Origin: Nageia nagi
Lineage: Eukaryota > Plantae > Pinophyta
DNA length: 64,000 nt
Assembly: GCA_050084985.1 (NCBI GenBank)
Contig: JBITNC010000001.1
Location: forward strand, 192,820,001 to 192,884,000
Reading direction: 5' to 3'
The position numbers and the translations under genes are program-made. The notes under the pieces are model-generated. The model did not search any database and was not told the origin of the DNA. It worked only from the letters and a program-made list of their open reading frames with translations. Numbering within the stretch: position 1 is the stretch's first letter; each line of letters starts with the position of its first letter. Shown one piece after another: positions 1 through 12,684 of this stretch.

Positions 1-382
1 CATTAGAAAATCTACAAGGGTTAGAAGACTATGACTTTGAGCTAGTGCAAGCAAGATTCAATCAGTTGATAAAGTTGGAATAATATAGAAACAAAGCATA
101 TCAATTCTTCTAGCATAAATAATAGATTGTTAAAAAAGTGGTTTGAAAATAAGAAGTCTTCTTGGATAAAGTTTGAAGTCAGAGACATCATCCTCAAATG
201 GGATGAAGAAAGAGCAAAGCTTGAGAAATATCAAAAATTTGATTTCTTATGGAGTGGGCCCTATATCATCATTCAAGCCTTATAGAATAATGTATTCAAA
301 CTTCAAGATATTATTAGGTCTCAAGAACTACCTATTCCAATGAAATAAATCTATTTGAAATATTACTAGGTGATCGAGTGAT
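1..382 (+). pseudogene. Integrase C-terminus of Tat-like element C (left part)
   Basis: Encodes LWSGPYII (GPY/F motif, ~247-270). Colinear with the pol end of copy B (~53385-53821). Resumes at 14720 after the inserted element A. Confidence 0.85.
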
Positions 383-2415
383 TGTTGATCGATATAATAT
401 AACCTTAAAGGGTTGGTCTAGTCATGTTCTACATCATCCATAATGGTAGAGTCCTTGAAAGAGTAGAAGGTGGTGGGGATGTGCTAATGTTGGTTTTTTG
501 CTTAATATTTGAGTTGTAGGTTGGTTCCTATCTATTATTAAGGTTAAAATTAAAAAAATATAGATAAAAAGATAAAGAGTAACATGAAATAAATGAACAC
601 ATTAAACTAGCTGTAAACAAGAACTATATAGCTTGGGCATTGCAACATAGATAACAATCCATAACCAAGATTAAGAATAGTAAACTATCTTACCCTTGGG
701 GTATCACAATCACAATCCATAGCCACAACTTAATATAGCTTCTCATATATAACATTCACAAAGTGTAATAGAGACCCACTTGTTCTAAAGAGCAAAGCAT
801 TATCATATATAGAAGCATCTTACAGAGTTGGGCAAATTTGTTAAAATGTTTGACCTCTTGGACTTGCAATACTCCACTATTTATAGATTTACATGCTCGA
901 TGGGATAGTTATATATCATTAATATATATAAATACTCTTATTGATTGAAAATAGTAAGAAAATCATTCACAATTAATATTACAACTATGTTAAATTACAT
1001 AGTAATCAAGTACCAATAGCGCCATAGTGTGGGAATTTGAGATTTTTGAACCATTGTAATATTTGAGCTGCAATCTTCTTGGCTTTTCATAGAATACTTT
1101 CTCTTGGATTTGTATTTGATTAAATATGCACTTATCTATAACTTGATTGGTATGATCTGCATTATGCTCTATCGATAGTTATCTACTTCTTTGTAACCAT
1201 TAATTATCAGTACTGTATTACTAGTTGCATGGAATAATGGGGGTAATGAATAATATATCATTTAATTCTAAGAAGAAACTATCACTATCATGTGGAAATG
1301 ATTCATAGTAAACACATTAATAGATCCTTAGGGGTCTAACACTTATGATCAAGTAGACCAAGGTGTTACTTCTTACCCATTATTCTTCTAATAGTCTTGT
1401 GAGTCTTGTTTCTCATTGTCAAGCTTTAACAATGATCAAGTTTCTCTTATCACCCATGAATTTTATGTAATAGGTGTGATGTCATCATTGGAAATTGATG
1501 GGTTTTGTTTTATTACTTTCATGTAGTATTTTCTATTGAATATGATAGTGCTTGCTAGTGTGGTACTTCCCACCATTCATTATTTCAAGACCTAGTAATT
1601 TCACACAAAAATGGTGACATCATTACTAAAAATTGGTGGGCTCTAATTGAGTTGTCTCTATGAAATATCTCTTGGTGAATGACTATCTCCTACTAAAATT
1701 AATACTTTCCATTGAATTAGAAAAAGATTTATGACATCACCCTACAAAATTGATGGGATTTATTGACTTATCTTTATGGAATATCTTCAATTGAATGAAA
1801 TAGTGCCACTATTGCTTATGCTGAGACCCACTGATTTCACACAAAAATGGTGACATCATAGCTTAAAATCATGGGGCTCTAATTGATCAACTTGCAACAT
1901 CTCTTAAAAATTCTCATTATTGGGTCAAGACTCCTAAAGAAGGGTGGGTTCTATGAGATCACCTACTAGAGATCTAGACATTACCTGAACTTATATTTAC
2001 AACAAATCCTAGTTTTATATTTACAACAAATATTGAAGTTATATTTACAACAACTCCTTCCCTTACATATTACAATACTACCCAAAAATGGTACATTGTT
2101 CTTGATCATAAATCAGAAAAAATTTTCATGAATGATGACTTTTTTATAAATAGTTTCCAAGAATTTTTACAATACTTGTTAGATAGTAACTAGACATTTT
2201 GGAATCAAATACCTAAGGTTAACATATATATAATTAATACCCAAATACTGATAATGCCCAAAATTTTTAGACTTGATACAATATTGATAAAAAGGCTAAA
2301 TACATGTGAAAGGGGAAAATGAAATGAGAATTAAGAAAGATTTATTGAAAAGAATGAAAGAATTAAAATACTAGAGTGTTACCCCATACTCAGAGTGTAA
2401 TTTTGAAAGAATACA
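383..2415 (-). repeat. 3' LTR of copy A
   Basis: Begins TGTTGATC and ends GAATACA on the + strand. Colinear with 12685-14714, differing mainly by C/T and G/A transitions. Confidence 0.93.
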
Positions 2416-2449
2416 ATCTTATGGTGGCTCTTGAGGTCTTCGCTTGCTA

Positions 2450-5400
2450 GATAATAGAACCCTTACTGCTTTTAGCTATTTTTTTGGATGCAACTTTTGT
2501 AGGAGTTTCAGCTGGTGAAATTAACCCCATAAGGAGGAGAGGATAAATTTTCTTATTTAGATCTTTTAGGTCTTGATAATCAACTTGTGACAAAATAGAG
2601 GGGCTTATATCTTCATATTATCTACTTTGAACCATGTTAAAACACTTTTTAGCCTCCCAACATGTAGGAGTCTTGTAATTACCTCCTAAAAAAGGTCATT
2701 TATTTATTGTAGATTTGAGATTTGCTTCTTAGAAAAAGATTATTCATGGAATTGAATAGTATTGGATACCCACCTAGAAGCACTACCTTGTACATTTTAC
2801 TTCTCCTATAATTTGGGAGCTTTCATTTCAATTAAAGAATTAAAGAATTTATTGATAAATCCCAACTCTATTTTGAGCTGGTGTTTATTAATCTCTATAT
2901 TGAACATCAAATTTTGGAGTACTCATATATCCTAGATTCTTCTCAAATATGATTGTCTTGGCCTAGGAGTAATGGCTGCTATATCTTTCTTGGTTAGGGC
3001 CCTCATCTAGCTCTGCATTTTTTCAACCATTGACCTTGGGATTTCTAGAGCCAACCAGTGAAGAGTAGTATGTGTGGTGAATTGCTTAATGGCTTGTTCT
3101 ATCTAATTTTTCAACAAATGTAAGTGTGATAAATTCACCATCCTATCTCTAATTTACTCCACCAAAGACTTCCTAAAACCTATTATGAGCACGAGTAGCT
3201 TTGAGTCATCATAATATAATACTTTTTTGGCTACTACAATTATTTGCAACTTGATCTTAACTTGTTTGACCTTTTGGCCATCCATAATTGTAGCTTGAGA
3301 TTTAAGGTATTGTATGCCTCAATTTTCATTATTTATCTCGACTTGTATTTCTATTAGGCTCTTCTCAAATTCTAACTTTTGCTTATCTAGATTTGCAAGC
3401 ATATCTTTGTTTTTATTCTAAAAATAGATGACTATTTTGTCTTTAAGGGAGAAGTATTTTTTATACTAATATGTATTCTTATTTAATCTATCTATCTTAG
3501 TCTCCATTTCTTAAAGATTTTTACCAGCCACTATTGAAGTATTTACAAGGAATCTAGATTGGTCTATTATCATAGCACTCTACATATTTACATTAATGAT
3601 AGCCATGGGAGTAGTGTATAGTCCTCCTTCTTTGAAGGGCATGTAGGAAATTTTAATATCTCTTATCTTTGTAATTTTACCCAAAATTTTGGAATCTTAT
3701 TCTAGGATCATAGGGGTTTATTTACAAAAGTTTCCTAATAAATGGGCTCCAAAATCTATGTCAAACAAAATACTTTTAATCTCCTCTTTTGAGGTTGTAG
3801 GAACCAAAGAATGTTGAGGTGTACATACACCTGAAGTTGATCCTATGATCTGTTGAGTAGGTTCTAGCTACTTTGAAGGTGTTGTTTCTATAATTTTTAT
3901 ATCTTCTTCTGCTTCCTCCATAACTTTTCCTTCTTCAATAGTCTTTTCCATAAGGTCATATTCTTCCTTTCTTCTAAACTCATCATCATCATTATCATCC
4001 AATGCACCTCCAAGTGTAGCTATTGTGGAACCATCTATTCCAACAACATTATCTTTGCCTTGCTGAATCTCAACCTCTATCTCTTATGACACTTCTTGAT
4101 GAATTTTAGTATTTGTATTCTATGGCCTTTGTGTGTCCTTTGCATCAAACATTTATGTTGGCCCTATAATAGCCATTGGCATTTCTTGAACTAGTTTTGG
4201 AGCTAGAGGTGGGGTCTTTGGTACCCATGATTGTGTGGTATTAGGCTTCTTAGTTGACTTATTTTCTTTCTCTAGGACTTGCTCAACTTGATCTTATTCC
4301 AAGGTTTGAATTCTTCTATTTTTCATTGGCTATTTCAAATTGGAGGGTCCTTTACACTCTTTTTTCTTTATTTTTTTCTTTTACTTACACTAAAAATTTG
4401 GCAGCAGAAGTTGGCTTACTTCTGGTAGAGGGTCTTAACTATATTGGGTCTCCCATAACTTTTCATAATTGAACTCACCAAATAGTTGTTTTTCAACTTG
4501 ATGAATTTTAGTAGTGTGGTCAAATCTAAATTTGGTAAAATAATAATTTTTTTTGGGTCACCAACCCAACTTATCTGTTAACTAGATCAACACCTCTAAG
4601 TTTAGGATGAAATCTTACCATATTTTTTCTTAGTTCCTATATCTTTTAATCCTCTCAAGGGTCATCTAGGCCTTATCTAGAGGTCCAAATTTTCATTCTA
4701 GGGATGCCTCAACTTCTTAGTTTGATTTATAAAATACTCTACATGAGGTCTATGCTCATGAGAAAAGGTCAGGCCTTTCTTGCCTGATTTTATCACTTTT
4801 TTCATTTCCCCTGAAGGATCATACATCCAAGGGGCTTCTACCATATCTAATTTAAAATTTTGTACAATAAAATTAGATATGTTATCTTTACACCCTAATT
4901 CTAATAAAGTGAAATTTTTAGTAGTAGTTGGTATATCTATAATGGATTTAAAACTATTCTTAGAGCCATTATTAGTCTCTATAGCACATATTTCTCTACC
5001 CATATCTATAGAATACAACTTTTTAGTCACATAATTAGGCAAGAAAATATGATTCATCAATTTTGTTAACCCCTTGTAGCTCTTGTATGATGCTCTAGTG
5101 CAGCCTACTAAGAAACTTCTTGATCATAATTTGCACCATTGGTGCATAGAATTTATCCATGAATTCATAATATGACCCATGTAATTTGGTCAATACTAGG
5201 ATTCTCAAATCAATTGAGGAAGGTCCAATGCTTAGGGTAGTAGACTAAATTTGGAGGCTTGCTTCCACCAACTTTTCAAGATTTTGATGGGCTAAGAGCC
5301 ACCAAATATATGAAGAATACCTAAAATCTAATTTTTCAATTTTAAAAAGACACCTTATTATCTCATTCGAGATGAAAGTGGGGAAGTTGTAGTAGATGTG

Positions 5401-6105
5401 TGCTTCTATAATATTATATTCCATCCTTACCATGGCTTCATCTACTTCAATTTGGGTCTTTTTACAAGGATTACTACTAATGCTTGCAGTACTTTTCTAT
5501 CACATGTCTTCTCAAACAAGGTAATTTCATAGCTCAACCAAAGCTTTGTAGTCCTAGTTCCCAAGTACCTCTCATCTATCTAGTTTAGTATTTCTTCATC
5601 ATTCTTATAAAAATCATCCTTTTCTCTTCTTAAGTCAATCTACTTCTTCACATGAAATGTCTAGTCAACTGGGATGGAAAATGTTTGAATGATGGATTTA
5701 GGGGAGTAGTGCAGTATTAATTCTACTTTTTGCTTGAATACATCCTTTTATTATTAGTATTTTAATACCACTATCTCATACCCCTTATTGTTTATTCCTA
5801 TGTGCCATTAAATACTACAACTTGAAGCAAGTGAATGACTCATAGGGCACATAATAAGCTAGGCCTTGGTTGATCATAACATCTCTTTTAGAGTGTGTTA
5901 GTGACATCCCTTTACCTATAACCTTAGGATTCATATGTTACAATAGTATTCATTTTGGATCAACCCTCCATGTATCAATGTGATTTATCATCCCTATTTT
6001 ATTCTAGTTCACTTTAGGAGCATTCTCGAGGTATTCATTCTAGATGGTAATTAGGATAGCATCTACTTGCTCAAATTTAGCTATAGTTGATGGTTTAGAT
6101 GCCAT
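2450..6105 (-). pseudogene. Extra sense ORF downstream of pol in copy A (~1200 codons, disrupted)
   Basis: ATG at 6105 (MASKPSTIAKFEQVD). ORF pieces 5245-5433 and 4698-5060 align at protein level with pieces in B and C. Later part is charged and coiled-coil-like. Confidence 0.8.
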
Positions 6106-6555
6106 AATGGTGTCTATGATCTTCTTAGAACCTAGGGTTTTCATTTAGAATTTGAATACTACACTCTATAAGGCTTAGCAATTCTTTTCCTCCTTGCTCA
6201 ATGCTATATTAACTCTAGACTTAGATTGCTCAAGAAACTTGTGCTTTGAAATGGGTAAGTGTTGAATAAGAAGATAAGGGATGCATTTTATTTGTTCAAG
6301 ATTGGTAATGGATATCTATTAATGGTATTTAATGTTATGGGATGTCAAATTTGAGATTTGTATGGGTTGGTAGGCAACAAGCAGGAATGAATTAATTTGG
6401 AGCATGCCAAATTGAAATAAAGTGTTAAATATGCACAATGCCTAGTTAATCTTTAGCATTAATGGATACCTACCTTTTCAAAGAACTTACCTGTATAGGA
6501 ATTTTTTTTTGAATAAACTATATACACTATACAGTTCCCAATGGGTGTTATGAAA

Positions 6556-9500
6556 TTACCCCATCACCTAATAGTGTTTCAAATAGATGTTGTTAATTAG
6601 GAATGGTAATTTCTAGGACTCAGTAATATTCTATAATTTGAATGCATTATTTTGCATTACTTTAGTGATGATATAATGCCTACTCCATAAAGAGTCAAAC
6701 TTTTGATGATTTTTAAGATTTGCTCTTTCCTCATCTAATTTGCAGACAATATCTCCCTTTTCAAACTTCACATAGGAAGACTTCTTCTTATCAAACCATT
6801 TTTTGACTATCTACTAGTGATGCTAGAAAGACTCATATGCTTTGTTTTGATCTTATTTCAACTAAATAAGTTGATTAAACCTTACTTGCAATGGTTCAAA
6901 GTCATAAGCTTCCATTCTTTGTAGAATTTTTAATGTTAGTAACTCAAGGTGAATTGGTAATACAGGTATTTTTCCATAAACTAACACATATTGAGATGTC
7001 TTGATAGTTGATTTAACATTGATCATGTCTACCCATAATGCATAGCCTAATTATGTATGCCATTATCTAGGATTCCCTTTGATTGTTCTTTTGATAATCC
7101 AATGTTGGATTCTTGTTAGTTGATTCAACTAACCCATTACCTTATGGGTAATAATTGGAAGAGAATAGCCAATAGATTCCATATTTAGCAATAAAGTTTG
7201 ACATATTACCTCCAATGAATGCAAAACCATTATCTAAGATAATTATCTATGGGATTCCAAAGAAAGTGATTATCCTTTTGATCATTTTTATCACTACTTC
7301 TTGATCTACATTTTTACATGTCATAGCTTCTAACTATCTATCAAAATAATCTATTGCAATCAAGATAAACTTATGAAATTTGGATTTATAGCACCAATTA
7401 AGTCTATACCCCATTGCTGGAAAGGTTTCTCAACCACCATAAGCTTAAGAGGCATAGTTGCTTGCCTTCTCTTTTCTATAAATTTGCTACATGTGTCACA
7501 TTATTGGGCTATCTTGAATGAATCCTAAAATAAAGTAGGCAAATAGTACCTAACTTGTAATTATTTTGCTATAGTAGTTGTTCCACTATAATGCCCTCCA
7601 AAAAATCCATAATGAAATTCATACAATATTCTTTGAGCTCCATCATGAGTTACACATCTTAATAAGGTTTGATCAATGTTTTTCCTATAAAAATGGTCAT
7701 CTAGCATCATGAATTTCAAAGCTTGTAGCCTAAATCTCCTTCTCTGAAACTTATCTAGAGATTCATGATGTTTACAAATTTGAAAATAAAAAATAATTTA
7801 TTTTATCCAATCACTCTCTTCATTAAGATGTTGTTCATCCTCTATGATAGCAATCATGTGTGAGGCTTTTGCTATATTTTTGCATAGAGCTTAGTTTCTG
7901 ATAAGTTTGGTTGGTTTAATTTCTATATCATATTCTATTATTTTAGTAATCCAACCAACCTTTCCTTCACCCAAGTCTTCTTTCATGATATAATTTCTCA
8001 CATCATGATGGATAGTGAATACAAGGATCTTGTTGTGGGACACATAAGGCTTAAACTTATTAAGCCCTTTCATTATGGAAAACACTTTCTTTTCAATAAA
8101 TGAATACCTTTTCTAGTATTGATGTACTATTTGACTATTAAAACATATTGGATGTTCCTCTTTCTTATCATCTTTTTGTGATAGGATTGCAATAATGCTT
8201 TTTTCTGCTCCATATTCATAATGAAATCTTTTGAAAAAATAAGATTTTTTAATATATAAGCTTCTATTATGGCCTTTTTTTATATCCTAAAAAGCTTATT
8301 TTTCTTATTTTGACCAAGAAAATATAGCATTATTTTTTAACACTGTAGTGATTGGAGATACTATTTTAGAAAAATCATTGATGAATTTTCTAACAAAATT
8401 GATCTAGCCAAGGAATGATTGTGAGGCCTTCTTATTGGAAGAGAGTGGTAATGCTTCAATAGCTTTCACTCTATCTGGGTCAATTGAAAATCCCTTTTTT
8501 GAGACAATATGTCCAAGTAATTTTTCTTGGTTAACCATTGAAACATTTTTTTTGGGATTGATTGAGATCTCAAAATTTGTATATTTTTCAAATACTTGTC
8601 TAAGATGTTGTAAATGATCTTCTTTACTCTTAGAAAATACTATGATATCATCCAAATAGATTAGGATAATCTTATTTATAAGATCACCAAATGCATGGTC
8701 CATGGCTCTTTAAAAGGTATCTCCTACATTAGAAAGACCAAAGGGCATTCTTTGAAAAGCAAAAATCCCCCATTTGGTTGTGAATGTAGTTTTGTATTAG
8801 TCCTCATCCTTTACCCATATATTATTGAATCTTAAGTAGCCATCAATCATTGAAAAGCAACAAGCTCCAACTACTGTATGCAAGATTCATTCCATAGGAG
8901 GAAGAGGATAATTATCCTTGAGAGATACTTGGTTTAGATTTCTAAAATCTACACATAGTTTGATCTCTCCACTTTAGTTTTTAACTAAGACTAGATTTTC
9001 AACCCAAGAAGAATGCTTAATGGGATAGATTATTCTTGAATAAAGAAATTTAATCAATTGATATTTCATGGCTCCTTCTATTTTTGGATTTATTGACCTT
9101 TATTTTTCCTTGTATGATTTAGCCTCTGGTTCAAGATCAATGGTGTGTTGGATGATGTTTTTATCATATGTCTTCAAGTGGTCATAAATCTAAGTAATTG
9201 CTTTTGAGAACTGATGATAAATCTGAAATAGGACATTTTTTTCTTCATCAAAGTAGTCTGGTCCAACATTTATATATCTTCTAGGTTCTACTTCCATGTT
9301 AATATGGCTCTCCATTTGAATAGCCAAAGATTTGGCCTTTTGAATATCTTCTTAATCAAACAATCTTTCAAAATAGAGTAGAACTTTTGGTATGATATTA
9401 TTTTTGAGTTGAGTCACATCTAACTCCTAAAGGAAGGCAAGAAATTGTTCAGTACCAAAGGTGTGAACTATTGCTTCATCCAATATAAAACTCATAATAT

Positions 9501-12298
9501 GTTCATCAAAGTTAAATACCTACCAAAAATTTACAACATTAGGCACTGATGGCATACATATAACTTTGACTCCAAGGCTTTCTCTTTTGTAATGAGCAAG
9601 ATTATAATGTGTCCCTTTACTAACAACTACATTAGCAATTTGGTTGTACCTTCTAGGAATAGATATAAAATTGAGATCCAAGAATGACTCTATTAAATCT
9701 CATACCATATTCACATAGGTCTTCAGATAGTGATGTTTTGCATTCATTTAGTTTCTAACTTGCTTTATGACTAATTCTAAATCACCATGCATAATTAGAC
9801 ATCTAATACACATACTGATTGATTTAGATAACCCTTAAAAAAAGGCTTTATATTTAGCAAGATTTTTTGTGCAAATCCATGTGAATTTGAATGATAATAT
9901 CCTCATATGTCCCTTTGAGGATTTAAGTATAACACTAGCTCCACATCTATGTTTACATCTAGCTCCATCAAAGAACATTATCCATACCTCATGCTCCCTT
10001 TCAGCTATGATTGATATTGGTTGCATATTTTCATATAAATAGTAATTTCTCATACCAACATATATGACTTGATAATTTAGATTATTAGTTGAAATAATTT
10101 CAATTGTTAGTAGTATTTCTCTAATTATATTTCTTTCAAGCACTTCTATGGGTTCAGGGCCATTCATACAATTCTATTTTATGATTTTAAAGAGATGAAC
10201 ACTTTTGGTGCCCTCATTTTGAATCTTAACTTGTTTATTTCATAAGGGAAGTAGAAGGTTTGTATAATCTAAAGTTAAGTAACCTCTTAATTTGGTAGTA
10301 AATTCTTTAGATAAGCATATTCCAAATAGAGGTGGAAGATCAATAATAATAATATCTTGAATGACACAAATATCAAGGAATGCATTCAAAGTTATTGGAA
10401 CTTCCTTAACACTACCAACAACATCTACAAAGGAAGAATCTAATTGTATTACACTATCAATGCATCTAGTGATATACAATTTTATTTCATTTGCAACTAC
10501 TTTTGAAATCATGGTAATAGCAGCTCTCGTATGTATCATGCAATTATTAACTACCCAATCTTCTAATCTTAGAGAGAGACAAAAATGTGGGGGTCTCCTT
10601 ATACCTATGAGAGCTAGAGGGACATCATCAGATATTACAAAGATAACATTATTCTTATTTACCATTTTCTTATTATTATTTAACTTCAAAGGTTCTTGCA
10701 AAAGATCCATCTGACTTGGAATCCTTAATGCATCAAACATGGTCATTTTTGAAGGTGTTTTCTTTAGATCTTTCACAATATTATATGGAGCATATGGAAT
10801 AAACTTACTTGTTTCAACTAGTTGATATGTTCTAAACTATTGAGTAACATTTTCTTTAATATGATCTATAATAAAAGGATATCTCATGAGATGAGGCCTC
10901 TCCTTATCTAGGACTTCTTTCTTGGTCACAATGGGGTGTGCAGCTATAGGGCCAATATTACTTGAGTTCTAAGAAATATGATCTAAATGTTTAGGAAATT
11001 TAATTAACTTGATTCTTAGGTTGGATAGTACAAGCCTTAGCTCTTTTTTGTTCAAACTACATTGGAATGGGCTATTGATTTTGCTAAATGACTTGGGGCT
11101 ATTATGGGGTTGTTAAAGAAGAAGCTCTAGTTTGAATATAGTTGGCTTGTTCTCCAACATATCCTAAAAGCCAAAAATTGACCATGGTAAGGTTAGCAAC
11201 AGGATTTGATGCAAGTTCCACCATTTGGTCTAAATATAAGCCCAAGTACTATGTTGATAAATGGCACATGAGTTTGGAACTGAGTAGCTGAACATGGAGG
11301 GCACCATTCTATAATTCTCAAAGCATCACTTTCTATAGAACATGCCATAACCACATTTTCAATCACTTTCGAAGCATTAGGCTATTCTAGTAGGTTATTT
11401 CTAGGCTGAAATCTAGGTTGATACTGATTATCATATCTTATATAGTTAAACCTTTGATTCTACCTCTCTTGTAGAGTGAGGTTATTGGTAAGATTTCTAA
11501 TAATTACCTCCAATTACCTTATCCTCTCCTTCTCTTAAGATTTAGAATCAACACTTGTACTTGTAGATGATAGGGTAGGTAGTTTCGGTACCTAATTTTG
11601 AATAATAAGTTTAGAAGGGGGTGGTAAGGCTAATACTTCTAGATGAGTAATTTGTGAGGTTTGTTTAGGATGCAAATTAGGAAATAAGGGCATAATAGTT
11701 CTTGGTTGCATCTTTCCAAAGGATACTAAAGTATGGTCAAAAGTTTTGGATGTTTGGTAAACATATGGGAAAGTATCTCTTGATATAATAATTAGCATAT
11801 TAAATCTAAGAGAAACATTTTCCTATAATATACCAGAGCTTGTGTATTAGTTAGTCTAATCCTTAGGGGAATATATTTCCATGTTTTCTTAAATTTGATA
11901 TTGAAATCATCAATAGACTCATAAGGGTATCTTTTGATACATGCTATAAGGATAAGGAAGGTACTATCATCACCATATATGGTAAATCTTTTGAATAAAA
12001 CTTAAAGGTAAAAGTAATCTTTTGAATATAGATTGAGAGGTAAAAGTTTTGAACTATTCAGCTACTTTGCCTTCAAAAGAGTGTGATAATAATTTAGTCA
12101 CATGATTTCATCAATGATATCAAAGCTTAAAGCTAATAGAAATATATCTTGATAATGTTCATATGGTGTTTTACCAGATCCATCATATTTGGAAAAAACT
12201 TTAAAAGTTACTTGGGGAATAGTTGGTGAATTAGCAGTAACTACCAAAGGATGGCCATTATTTCAAGCAAGAAAATCAGTAAGAGCAGGTTGAGCCAT
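6556..12298 (-). pseudogene. gag-pol polyprotein of copy A (many stops and frameshifts)
   Basis: Gag MAQPALTDF...KYDGSG; PR region in ORF 10240-10776; aRH WIMFFDGARC (9835-10167); RT YLDD (8404-8703); RH WITKIIEYDIEIKP (7891-8085); INT remnants down to a stop near 6556. Confidence 0.9.
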
Positions 12299-12649
12299 GC
12301 TTGGAGTAGTTGAATTAGGTGAAAGATTTTTTAGGGTAGAATTAAATACGATAGATAATAGGATAACCCTTAAGGAAATTTAATGAGATATAATCAAAGA
12401 AATCTTTCACCTAGTCCTCCTATGAGAAACTAATAGCCCTTGAAATCTAGGTTATCTAAGGGAATTTCTAGAACTACTCCTAGTAATTCTATATTCTGGA
12501 GGTGCCAAGGTTTAAAATATTAACTAGTTGATAGCAAAGTCACTAATAAGGTAATATAAACCTTATAATATTTGAAGGATCTAGTTGATAGCTTACTAGA
12601 CACAACTTTCTAGCCTATTTACTCTTGCTAAATTTGAGATTTAGCTTAC

Positions 12650-12667
12650 ATCCCATCAGGCATACCA
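12650..12667 (-). other. Primer-binding site of copy A (tRNA-Arg-like)
   Basis: TGGTATGCCTGATGGGAT on the minus strand, a deaminated form of the Tat/Ogre-type TGGCACGCC...GGGAC PBS. Lies 17 nt from the LTR end. Confidence 0.7.
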
Positions 12668-12684
12668 AAAATGGATACTTATAC

